A stretch of 64,000 bases of DNA from Porphyridium purpureum (Eukaryota), in the NCBI GenBank assembly GCA_008690995.1, contig VRMN01000004.1:1054001-1118000 (forward strand), in the 5' to 3' direction. The notes below the pieces were generated by a model. It searched no databases. It was not told the DNA's origin and saw only the letters and a program-made list of their open reading frames with translations. Shown here piece by piece: positions 1 through 9,039 of the stretch; the stretch's first letter is position 1; each line of letters opens with the position of its first letter. The position numbers were made by a program, and so were the translations under genes.

Positions 1-532
1 CATGATGTTGTTCGAGGCCGCGCATTTACTCTCGGCGGTTCCTCAGCGACCGCACAAAGGGGTCTGTGCTGAACGCGATATGGTGACTGGGCTGCGGCGC
101 TCCAAGTGGACGGGACGGTACACATCGCAGCGGCTGCCGTGGTTGACGAGCTCAGAAATAGCACGCAGAGCGCTTCCATAAGGCTACGCAATGTGCCGTA
201 CGTTTGCACACATGGCGGCAGGTCCATGCGACGCCAAGTTTTTGATAGATTTGCTCGACCTCCTGGAAAGTCAAGTCGCAGACCTAGACTTCATTCCGGG
301 TTTCACAAACCTGATTGTATCCTGCGAGGCGCGCAGCTAGCAAGCAAGCGCACGAACCGCAAGGAGGTATCTCCTGCTGGATCGCCCGTCTATCGCGTCT
401 GCTGCATCCGAACCGGCGTCATCGCGCACCAAAGTACAGCTCGAGCAACCCTCAGCAGTTCACTGTACCGCAATCGCTGTACCTGCATCTGAACCCTATG
501 ATCTCGCTAGAAAAAAATGCAGCTTGAGTTTC

Positions 533-835
533 CGTGGGTTTTCTGTTAACGATCAACGAAGAACCCTTTTACTATTCCCCTTCCCCTTACCTTCTCTCTT
601 TTCTTCTAGGCTTATCCGTCTGCCATCTCTGCGCGACCGCACCCACTATATAGACGCCCGCCGGGTCCTTGTTGATGCAATCTGACCACATCGAGTCACG
701 TCACATCGGCATCCGGCGGGACGCTAGTCGAGTCACATCGCATTACACCCGCTGAATCCCCGTCACGACGTCCCGGTACGTTCGCACTCGCCCTTCCGCA
801 CGCCCATCGACGAGTGGGACGGGCAACTTTCCACG
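533..835 (-). repeat. 3' LTR (303 bp)
   Basis: Identical by eye to 5632-5934; termini CGTGG...CCACG; contains CTATATAG TATA-like box. Confidence 0.95.
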
Positions 836-3800
836 CGCCCCGTGCACGTCTCGCTCTCGATCGTTGGAAGCGCCCTTCCTAAGGTTGGCAATAGCACGTG
901 TAAATGCCACTCGTTCCATCGGCTTCGTGAAGATGTCTGCGCAATTCGATATTCCGGGGACAGACACGAGGTTCGAGTCTTCTCCATCAAAAGCGTCCGA
1001 GAGGGTGGCTACAGTGACGCCGTGTGTCTTCCCGAGACTTGCCATCTTGGCGGAGTATCCTCGTCGAACGGCCTTCACCGCTGCTTCGCTGTCGCAACAC
1101 ACAGCGAGCGGTACGCGCGTTCCAACGAGCCCTCGGATTACAACTTCGGCGTTAGGAATCGTAGTTCGCATGATCCTGCCAAGGGCGGTGAGTTCCGCCT
1201 CCGCGGTGGATAATACCGAGGCCCGTTGTGCTTTCGAAAACCAATCTACCAAGTAGTTCTCTTCTCCGTTTGAGAAGTATACGCAACCGCCGGAAGTTGA
1301 CCGCCGCGTCGCGGGACAGCCTGCATGGTCGCTATCTGAAAAGGCGACTATTCGTACCTGATCTCCCAGGCGCCCCGCGCTGCCGTATTCCAAGACACTA
1401 TCCTGGCTCCCGTGCACGTACCGCACGATTCGGTCGAGAATCGCCGATGCTGCCTTGCTCCACTTGTCCACAAAGCGCGAGACATATGCGACCGAGTATG
1501 CTATTTCGGGCTTTACCGTGCGTGCGAGCCACATTAGGCGTCCGACGTGTTGCCGGCAAGTCGTACTGACTTCCGCTTCGTCGTAGAGCGCCGCCTCTGG
1601 AAATACCATGGGGGTTGCCGCATCGCGCGTGCCCCTCGTCCTCACAGTCGAGTCGCGCTCGTACTCATCTATAATGGTCTTTGCGTAGTCCGTACCATCA
1701 ATCTTTACCCTTCCGTTCGTTCTGGAAATCCGCATGCCAAGGTGAAGGACCGGGCTCTCGCCGAGCCACTGCGGTTGCTCGTCGATCACGAATTCTTGAT
1801 ATAACTCACTCATGGCATTCCGTGCCTCGTCTTTCCGCCCCGCTAAGACCACGTCGTCAACGTACATTACCAAGACGAGTCCTGCCGCGTTCCCCTCGAG
1901 GCTTCTACGGATATACACTCCTGCTGTGACCTCCACCCATCCGAGACGCAACAAGCGACTACGAGCTTCGCGCGCGAAGTCCGCTCCCGCTCTCGGTAAT
2001 CCGTACATTGCCTTGCGGAGATGATGGGCGGTGCCCGTCTTCCCGCCTGCCTCGCTGGGAAGGATTACATACACCGGTCCCCCGCTGCACTCGGCCTGCA
2101 GGTAGGCGCTGGTGATGTCAACAAAGCCCACTTCTAATTCGTTCATCTGCGCCCACGCCAGCACGATCCTTAGCGCAGCTAAAGATGCCGGCGCCTCGTA
2201 GGGAACGGTAAGAGACACTGGGACCCCCGTCATGTCCGTAATGCGATCCCCCCCGGCCACGAGCCTTGCCTTGATCTTGCGCTCCTCAACAGGACGCTCC
2301 GTGTGCTTTTCGGCTACCACCATGTGCGCCCTTACAATAAGTCCCTCGGTAATGGAGTTCAGAGTGACCGGTTCCGGATCCCACACGCCGAAGCGCCGCA
2401 TTTGCCCGAGCTCATTCTCAATGGCCTCAGCTGCCCTTCCATCCGTGGTGGCTTCTCGTCTGCTCATTACCCTGGTAACATTTATGGTCACGGAAGGAAA
2501 GCGCGCCGCTATTCGGGCCGAGCGACGGGCGTTCTTCTTTGTACGCCTGATTTCTTTGCCCTCCTTAGCCGCCCGCCGCGCCGCGACCTCCTGGCTTAGC
2601 TGCTTTTCCCGCTCGTCGATGGCCTTCAGGCGTTCCGTGATTGCTTCAACCCTCGCTTTGATTCCCGTCTCTTCCGACGCGACGTTGTCGCGCTGTGCGA
2701 CTGCCAAATCCCCGTCCGGATCGTACGCGATCACCTTTTCCATTTCTGCGAGCGGTTCTGCGCCCGGCACGCGCATGGTGAAGTCTTTGAATACTCTGAA
2801 ATCTCTTGTCCACGTCGTCGCTCCAGACCCTGTCTCGAGAACTTCGAGGGCGGCGGGGTGGTCCCGAGCCCCGACGACCACTCCCTCGCGCGTGGTAGGA
2901 GCGAACTTGTTGGCTACGTCGTCCACTTTATAGACCACCCGCGATCCGAATGGAGCCATCAGCCATGGCTTGCCGCTCTCGACCCATCCCTGTCCGTATC
3001 TGCGCTCAAAGGGAGTTAGTCCGTCCCTACCCAGGTGCACCCGATTGTACCAGAACGCGAAGAATTTGGCTGCTCTGAAAAACCAGACGACGTGCAAACC
3101 CGATTGCCATAAGAGGCAACGAATGACGGCATTCAACGTGTGGTGCAGTCTTTCCAGTCGCGCGTGTCCGTTCGGTCTATGAGGGATGCAGAGGGTATGT
3201 TCAACGTTCCTCTCGCGCAGAACGCGCGCGAACGCGCCCCTAAACTCGCTGCCCGAATCTGTGCGCATCCGTTTCGGCCAATCTCTCCCAGCTTGGCACT
3301 CGACAAGCGCCTCGCGGCAGGCCAGGGCAGTCTTATCGACGACTCCCGCGACTTCTATCCACCCCGTGTGCTCGTCGACATGTGTCAGGATGTATCGATA
3401 TCCTTCCCGCGAACGGACCTTGGCGCCGGCGTCGACCAGGTCCACCCCTATTTCTTCGTCAAAGCGTGCAGCGACCCCAGGTGCTCGCGCGTGCGCGTCG
3501 ACATCAATTCGGTAAGACGGCCGCATTTTCAGCTTCGCCCTTGTACAAACCTCGCACGACGTGCGAGCAGGCATGTGCAGGAGCGCGTGTCCGTCGGGCA
3601 CATTTGAAACTGTGGTGCCAAGGGCGAGACGATCGACCCATGTCATTGCGCGTCGAATACCTCGTATCGCATTTGGCGCTCCATCGTCGCTTGAACTTGA
3701 CGCTATGTCGCCGGTTTGTGCCTCCCCCGGCGAATCAGGTTCTGGGATCAGGCTACAGTCTCCGGAAGGGTATGCGGTTTCCTTCAACGCACTGCCGCCA

Positions 3801-4858
3801 TGCCGCGACCCGATTTTACTCCTGACTAGCGAGTCTTGCGCAGGGTCCGTGTTGCTCCTCGCCTTCGTTTTGCCCATCACTTGGTCCCTTCCTCGCGTCC
3901 GTACCTCCGTTTCGCGGCACTCAGCCGACTTCGCCAACGGGGTGCCTTTGCATGCTTGGTTCGAATGGACCTCGACATTCGCCCCCATGTTCGGCCTATC
4001 TGTTTCGCAATCTACGCGCTCCGGGCTCATATTCCCGTTCTCGTAACCGTTCGCTCCTGTCGAGCATGCGTTGGAGCTCCCCGCGCTCTCTTCATCGCTC
4101 AGCCCTGATGACTTTCCGACGTTCTTTTCATGCACGCGCCCCGCGCTTGTGTCTCGGTTCACGCATGGCCCGTCCACATGTACGCTCGAGCGCCCCGCGC
4201 TCCGTCCTTGATTTCGCGGCTGCGGATTGACAGAGCTTGCTTCCACGTGCCCTGCGCTCCCGTTCTGCTCTCTGCCCGGCCCAGCCGTTCGTCCGCTCGT
4301 GCGCCCTGCGCTCCCGTTCTGCTCTCTGCCCGGCCCAGCCGTTCCTCCGCTCGTGCGCCCTGCGCTCTCGTTCTGCTCTCTGCCCGGCCCAGCCGTTCCT
4401 CCGCTCGTGCGCCCTGCGCTCCCGTTCTGCTCCTTGTCCCTTTTCAAGTTCATATCTTCCCGCTTACGCATGAAAATGCTCCCGTCCTCGTAATCAATGA
4501 CCATCCCAGTACGCGTCAGGAACTCCATACCGATGACGAGGTCGGTCATCAGTGCCGGACATACAATCGCACGGCAGCGACGTGACCCGATGCCGTTCAG
4601 CTCCAAATGACCGAGAAGGCTCCCGACAACATTAGTCTTGCGCCCGTCGGCAAGGACGGCCTGAAGTCCCGGTGTCGCTTCGCAAAATGATAATAACCCT
4701 GAATGGCGCACCCATGCCTTATCCACAAAGACATGTGTGGCGCCACAGTCTACGATTGCCATCGCACGTTTCCCGCAGAAGCGAACGTGCAACGTCAGAA
4801 GTTCTGACGGCTCCCGCGCCGACACCTGCCCTAGTCTCGGCGCGGGGCGCCTTTTCCC
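743..4858 (-). CDS. pol: Pol polyprotein (protease, integrase, RT, RNase H), probably entered by -1 frameshift from gag
   Basis: AIVDCGATH protease; HALLH...CEVC plus DLVD/TDSGSEF/LER integrase; FVDITSAYL, LRKAMYGLP and YVDD copia-type RT; FSDSDHAGC..RRSTSG and NCADIFTKP copia RNase H; the ORF runs into the 3' LTR. Confidence 0.93.
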   Translation of the reverse strand, partial: GKRRPAPRLGQVSAREPSELLTLHVRFCGKRAMAIVDCGATHVFVDKAWVRHSGLLSFCEATPGLQAVLADGRKTNVVGSLLGHLELNGIGSRRCRAIVCPALMTDLVIGMEFLTRTGMVIDYEDGSIFMRKREDMNLKRDKEQNGSAGRTSGGTAGPGREQNESAGRTSGGTAGPGREQNGSAGRTSGRTAGPGREQNGSAGHVEASSVNPQPRNQGRSAGRSSVHVDGPCVNRDTSAGRVHEKNVGKSSGLSDEESAGSSNACSTGANGYENGNMSPERVDCETDRPNMGANVEVHSNQACKGTPLAKSAECRETEVRTRGRDQVMGKTKARSNTDPAQDSLVRSKIGSRHGGSALKETAYPSGDCSLIPEPDSPGEAQTGDIASSSSDDGAPNAIRGIRRAMTWVDRLALGTTVSNVPDGHALLHMPARTSCEVCTRAKLKMRPSYRIDVDAHARAPGVAARFDEEIGVDLVDAGAKVRSREGYRYILTHVDEHTGWIEVAGVVDKTALACREALVECQAGRDWPKRMRTDSGSEFRGAFARVLRERNVEHTLCIPHRPNGHARLERLHHTLNAVIRCLLWQSGLHVVWFFRAAKFFAFWYNRVHLGRDGLTPFERRYGQGWVESGKPWLMAPFGSRVVYKVDDVANKFAPTTREGVVVGARDHPAALEVLETGSGATTWTRDFRVFKDFTMRVPGAEPLAEMEKVIAYDPDGDLAVAQRDNVASEETGIKARVEAITERLKAIDEREKQLSQEVAARRAAKEGKEIRRTKKNARRSARIAARFPSVTINVTRVMSRREATTDGRAAEAIENELGQMRRFGVWDPEPVTLNSITEGLIVRAHMVVAEKHTERPVEERKIKARLVAGGDRITDMTGVPVSLTVPYEAPASLAALRIVLAWAQMNELEVGFVDITSAYLQAECSGGPVYVILPSEAGGKTGTAHHLRKAMYGLPRAGADFAREARSRLLRLGWVEVTAGVYIRRSLEGNAAGLVLVMYVDDVVLAGRKDEARNAMSELYQEFVIDEQPQWLGESPVLHLGMRISRTNGRVKIDGTDYAKTIIDEYERDSTVRTRGTRDAATPMVFPEAALYDEAEVSTTCRQHVGRLMWLARTVKPEIAYSVAYVSRFVDKWSKAASAILDRIVRYVHGSQDSVLEYGSAGRLGDQVRIVAFSDSDHAGCPATRRSTSGGCVYFSNGEENYLVDWFSKAQRASVLSTAEAELTALGRIMRTTIPNAEVVIRGLVGTRVPLAVCCDSEAAVKAVRRGYSAKMASLGKTHGVTVATLSDAFDGEDSNLVSVPGISNCADIFTKPMERVAFTRAIANLRKGASNDRERDVHGARGKLPVPLVDGRAEGRVRTYRDVVTGIQRV
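4247..4432. repeat. 54-bp tandem repeat (about 3.5 copies) within the pol linker
   Basis: Encodes REQNGSAGRTSGGTAGPG repeats between protease and integrase. Confidence 0.9.
4813..4858 (-). promoter_or_regulatory. -1 ribosomal frameshift signal
   Basis: G GGA AAA slippery heptamer in the gag frame (4852-4858), 5-nt spacer, perfect 10-bp stem CCCGCGCCGA/TCGGCGCGGG (4813-4822 with 4837-4846); pol is in the -1 frame. Confidence 0.8.
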
Positions 4859-5571
4859 GGCTGCGCCTGCGCTCGCGCGCGGTGCGGCTTGGGGCAGTCT
4901 CGCGCAAAGTGCCCGCGTTCCTCGCAGTTGTAACAGGTTACCCCCATAGCCTGCGCCCCGATTTCCATTGGTGCCGAGCTCTCTCCATACGGCACGTCGA
5001 AAGCGCGCGTCGGGCCTGAGCGATGGTGGATCCCAAGACCCTGGGATGATGGCGAACCGCGACGCGCCGCCACGAATGCGTCCTCCGCGCAAAGGGCAAC
5101 TCGGCAGGCCTCATCGAGGCTACTTGGATTCTCCTTCATAACTTCGAACGCTATGGCGGGCTTAAGTCCACGCGTGAACTTGTCCAACGCCTCCGCGGCA
5201 CCCACGTCCTCACACGCTAGGACCAGGTCCCTGAACTCGGCCGCGTACACCGCTACGCCCCTCGTCTGGCGCCATCCATGCAGCGCATCTCGCGCGCGAC
5301 GCTTGTAGTCCGCCGGCAAGAACTGTTCCATAAACACCGTTCGAAACCCGGCCCAATTCTCTGGACGGACCGGCAGGCCACGCAACCACTGCAATGCAGT
5401 ATCCGTCAAGTAGCTCATGGCTACGTTGACTCCTTCGCGCTCAGAGCTGGCGAACGGCAGAACCTTCGTCTCCACTTCGAACAACCAGTTCATCACCACT
5501 CGCTGGTTCCGCTGCCCCGCGAACTGGCTGAGCCGCGCCGGCCTCACAACTGGCCCCGTCTCCTCGTCCAT
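4831..5571 (-). CDS. gag: Gag (retrotransposon capsid domain plus CCHC zinc knuckle)
   Basis: 246 aa; YLTDTALQWL...WAGFRTVFMEQF...QTRGVAVYAAEF capsid-like motifs; CYNCEERGHFARDC knuckle. Confidence 0.92.
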   Translation of the reverse strand: MDEETGPVVRPARLSQFAGQRNQRVVMNWLFEVETKVLPFASSEREGVNVAMSYLTDTALQWLRGLPVRPENWAGFRTVFMEQFLPADYKRRARDALHGWRQTRGVAVYAAEFRDLVLACEDVGAAEALDKFTRGLKPAIAFEVMKENPSSLDEACRVALCAEDAFVAARRGSPSSQGLGIHHRSGPTRAFDVPYGESSAPMEIGAQAMGVTCYNCEERGHFARDCPKPHRARAQAQPGKGAPRRD

Positions 5572-5623
5572 CCCGACAGGCCCCGCACCAGAGACTACCG
5601 CTCCTCACCCGCCGAACCGGCGA

Positions 5624-5631
5624 TGATACCA
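5624..5631 (-). other. Primer-binding site (tRNA-iMet type)
   Basis: Minus strand TGGTATCA immediately after the 5' LTR, complementary to the ...UGAUACCA 3' end typical of initiator Met tRNA. Confidence 0.75.
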
Positions 5632-5934
5632 CGTGGGTTTTCTGTTAACGATCAACGAAGAACCCTTTTACTATTCCCCTTCCCCTTACCTTCTCTCTTT
5701 TCTTCTAGGCTTATCCGTCTGCCATCTCTGCGCGACCGCACCCACTATATAGACGCCCGCCGGGTCCTTGTTGATGCAATCTGACCACATCGAGTCACGT
5801 CACATCGGCATCCGGCGGGACGCTAGTCGAGTCACATCGCATTACACCCGCTGAATCCCCGTCACGACGTCCCGGTACGTTCGCACTCGCCCTTCCGCAC
5901 GCCCATCGACGAGTGGGACGGGCAACTTTCCACG
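5632..5934 (-). repeat. 5' LTR (303 bp)
   Basis: Identical to 533-835; followed on the minus strand directly by TGGTATCA (PBS). Confidence 0.95.
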
Positions 5935-6160
5935 GTTTCATATGAAAAGCGACGATGTTTTGATAGGAAGCGAACGCAAGCCATGAGAATCGAGTCGGCT
6001 GGTTCGAGATAGAGGGGAGGAGAATTGTGGTAGGCGACACTTGTAGCGGGAAGGACAGAGAGGGAGCGGGGAGAAGGAAGGGGAGCAGCAACGACGACGT
6101 GAACGTGGACTCTCACACGCGGTGTCTAGCTGGACGTTCTCGTTTTCGACAGGCTTCGAC

Positions 6161-6970
6161 ATGGCCTTTGTTTCGGCTGGCAGTGCGGTGGCACTGCGCA
6201 GGCAACACGGCACGCGATCGGGACAGCATGCGCGCGAAGGCGTGCAGTCGCTGCGGTACCAGTCCGTCAAGGCGCCCAAGCGCGCGGTGCTGCGCATGCA
6301 GGAGGAGGAGGCGCAGGAGGAGCGCAAGCCAGAGCCATATCCAGGGTACTACAAGGACCTTGAGGCGTCCGGCGCGAAGGCCATGCCCAAGCGCGCTCCA
6401 AAGGTGGGCGGACGGAAGTCGCTGTTGAATGCGCAGGGTGTTCCGTACGCGCCTTGGATGCGGTTTCGTGAGGAGGATCTGGACTACAAGCCCAGTGAGA
6501 GGAAGCAGCCCAAGACAGACGCAAGGGGCAGGCTGGCGGGCGATCCACAGGCGCAAGAACTCGCCGGAACAGGCCTGCGGGCCAAGTTTCTGGGCGATGA
6601 ACTGGAACTCGCCTGGCAGACTGGCGACGAGACTGGCAACACCGGCTTCATCTTGTCGCGCAGGCGCGGAAAAGAGGAGGAGTTCGAAACGGTCGCAGAT
6701 TATAAGAGCGACCCCGCCACATTCAAGAGCAAGGGCCCCGCCGGCGGAAGCTATTCTTACTTGTGTGAGAAACCCGAGGCTGGCACCTGGGTATACCGCA
6801 TTTCGGACGTGGATGAGAATGGTGCGGTAAGCGACTTGTCACAGACTCTGGTCGAGATCGAGTCTGAGGAGGATCAGAAGAAGCAGCGTATCGCTCTGGT
6901 TGTGTTCGGCATTTTCGTCGTCATCCTGGCGGCGATTGGATTCCTTGCCGACCCAGAGTCTGGGTTGTAA
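6161..6970 (+). CDS. Plastid-targeted protein of unknown function with C-terminal transmembrane anchor
   Basis: MAFVSAG... transit-peptide-like start; beta-rich (FN3/Ig-like) central region LELAWQT..NTGFILSR...YRISDVD; C-terminal hydrophobic helix. Confidence 0.75.
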   Translation: MAFVSAGSAVALRRQHGTRSGQHAREGVQSLRYQSVKAPKRAVLRMQEEEAQEERKPEPYPGYYKDLEASGAKAMPKRAPKVGGRKSLLNAQGVPYAPWMRFREEDLDYKPSERKQPKTDARGRLAGDPQAQELAGTGLRAKFLGDELELAWQTGDETGNTGFILSRRRGKEEEFETVADYKSDPATFKSKGPAGGSYSYLCEKPEAGTWVYRISDVDENGAVSDLSQTLVEIESEEDQKKQRIALVVFGIFVVILAAIGFLADPESGL

Positions 6971-7237
6971 ACACTGGCGCTGGATATGGAGTTTCGAATG
7001 GTTTCGCTCGCTTGACTGTGCGGCGCTCATTTGGACATGGCAGGCGCCAGCACTGTAGTAGTTTTTGATACGTTCCTTTTGCTTCCTCGGCAAGGATGCC
7101 GTTGCTCTTTTTTCGGAGTTTCTCAATTTTATTAAAGACTCTACCCCACCACGATCGTAGCGGTGGGCCTACATGTCTTTGCTGCCTGCTGGCGGACGAG
7201 TTTCCAACGACACTCGCTGTCCATTTCGTACTAGATA

Positions 7238-8332
7238 TCAGGCTGGTTTGACAGTTTCGTTGACTGGCCGCAGAGGCTTTCTCGCCAAGAAAAAGTACCC
7301 GACCGAGTAAATGCCCATCTCACCGCCACGAATCAGGTTTTCGGCGCCCATGCTTAGAAACTCATGAACGTCATGTGTGCCCTTGGGAACCACGCCAACA
7401 AACTCAAGCACCTGGAATATGTACCCGAAAATTGTACGCCCCAACCTGCTTGACGCCAGCCCAGTCAGCGAATAATTGTTAAGGAACGGATTCCACCACG
7501 GAACTTCATTGTTCTCCATCGTATCATACGCGTCTATCAGCTCAAAGCCACACTTGATGAGCGCGTCCTTGACTACGTGCGCGGGTACGGTTTCCGGCAG
7601 TCCATTTCCGCGTTCAATTCCGATCCGCGTTCTGACATGCTCTTCGTTGTTTTCGTCATACTTGGAGGTGGTGACCCACTCGTAGCCAGCGAAACAGCCG
7701 CCCGGCTTCAAAATGCGGAACGCCTCACCAAACACGCTCACCTTGTCCACAGTGTGGCAAGTCGACTCTATAGCGTATACATGGTCAATACTTTCGCTTG
7801 AGAAGGGTGTGTGCATAAAGTCACCTCGAATCACATGGCACAAGTCGGCGCAATTGCGCCGTTCGGCGATCTTTTGCGCGCGGTCCACCTGGTATTGGTT
7901 CAGCGTGACGCCTGTGACGCGGCAGTTGGCAAACCTCGCAATATTCATCGCCGGCCCGCCAACGCCGCAGCCGAGGTCCACCACGTGATCACCGGGCTTG
8001 AGGCCCAATCTGAGCGCCAAGTAGTATTCATGCCGGCGCATCGACTCGAGCCATGTCTCATCTTTCCGAAGGACGGCGAAATGGAAACTCTCGCCCCATC
8101 CGTACTCGTAGAAATCAGTTGCCACCTTATAATACTCATCTACAAAGGACTTCTGCTCCCCCTTTTTGGAGAGCTCATTTCGCTTGTGGGTTTCGATCTC
8201 ACCTCCATACTGTGCCAGGTATTTCTGCGTCAACACTTCTACCTTTTCCTTTTCGTCGGCGCTCCCATTCTCGCCTCCATTCCTTTCCTTCTCCTGCTCA
8301 AACTTACCCAGCCGCTCAAACTTGACATTCAT
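7238..8332 (-). CDS. SMT1: Sterol 24-C-methyltransferase
   Basis: DFYEYGWGESFHFA, VDLGCGVGGP and YAIESTCH signature motifs. Confidence 0.96.
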   Translation of the reverse strand: MNVKFERLGKFEQEKERNGGENGSADEKEKVEVLTQKYLAQYGGEIETHKRNELSKKGEQKSFVDEYYKVATDFYEYGWGESFHFAVLRKDETWLESMRRHEYYLALRLGLKPGDHVVDLGCGVGGPAMNIARFANCRVTGVTLNQYQVDRAQKIAERRNCADLCHVIRGDFMHTPFSSESIDHVYAIESTCHTVDKVSVFGEAFRILKPGGCFAGYEWVTTSKYDENNEEHVRTRIGIERGNGLPETVPAHVVKDALIKCGFELIDAYDTMENNEVPWWNPFLNNYSLTGLASSRLGRTIFGYIFQVLEFVGVVPKGTHDVHEFLSMGAENLIRGGEMGIYSVGYFFLARKPLRPVNETVKPA

Positions 8333-9039
8333 CTTTCTCTACACCTCAGCGCGCCACGTTCGCAACCAGCACGCACGTCAAATCAATAAGCCCCAGGCCG
8401 CAATCACTCACCCACCCACTCTCACACAAAGACAGAGCCACAGACCCGCTCACACCAAGCACACACGCGCCAACGTCCACTCCCGCCCCCTTCTCCACGC
8501 AATCTTCTCAGCGCCCCTGCCCACACCGTGCGCGGCCCATTCACGTCTCCACCTCCTCCTCTACCCTCACCCCACCCCGTCACGCACCGCACGCGCGCGC
8601 GCTTTCCCTTTCAAAATGGCTGGCCCATCCTCTCTTTCAGACACGAAGCGACGCCTTGGCCCCTCGCTCCCCCCACTTTTTCGACTCACACATCCACACA
8701 CTCGCTCAGCCTATACAAAAGGCACAATTTTAGTAGACACCTTCCGTGGCCCCCCGCTCCCACTTCTTTTCTTTTTCGGCTCCTCTCACGCGCTCTGCTT
8801 CGCAACAACACCGAAACGACCAAAAACGCTGAACGCAGCGCACTGAGCTACATCACCTGTACACAAGTGTACACGCCTCACGCAGAGTTCACTTTCCGCC
8901 ACTCCTTCGCACATTGCGCACGCTGTACCTCGCGCAATGGCTCGGGGTCGCGTGTAAGCTGGAAAAAGGGCGCGTCGCGTGGCTGCGTGAGGTACAGTGT
9001 CTCGTGTGACTGGGTACAGTTGGCGGGGCGGCGGCAGAG

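Larger units (their letters stand above)
533..5934 (-). mobile_element. Full-length LTR retrotransposon (copia domain order PR-IN-RT-RH, separate gag and pol ORFs)
   Basis: Two identical 303-bp direct repeats (533-835, 5632-5934), 5-bp flanking duplication GTTTC (528-532, 5935-5939), PBS next to the 5' LTR, intact gag and pol ORFs. Confidence 0.97.

Noticed and set aside
1..527. Short ORFs at the left edge
   Set aside because: No recognisable family; a minus-strand gene may run off the window but cannot be supported.
4247..4432. Regular repeats as a CRISPR array
   Set aside because: Contiguous in-frame 54-bp units without unique spacers, in a eukaryotic retroelement, with no cas genes.
4859..5092. 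N-terminal part of the 1449-aa pol ORF as an independent start
   Set aside because: Non-ATG start overlapping gag; better explained by -1 frameshifting at 4852-4858.
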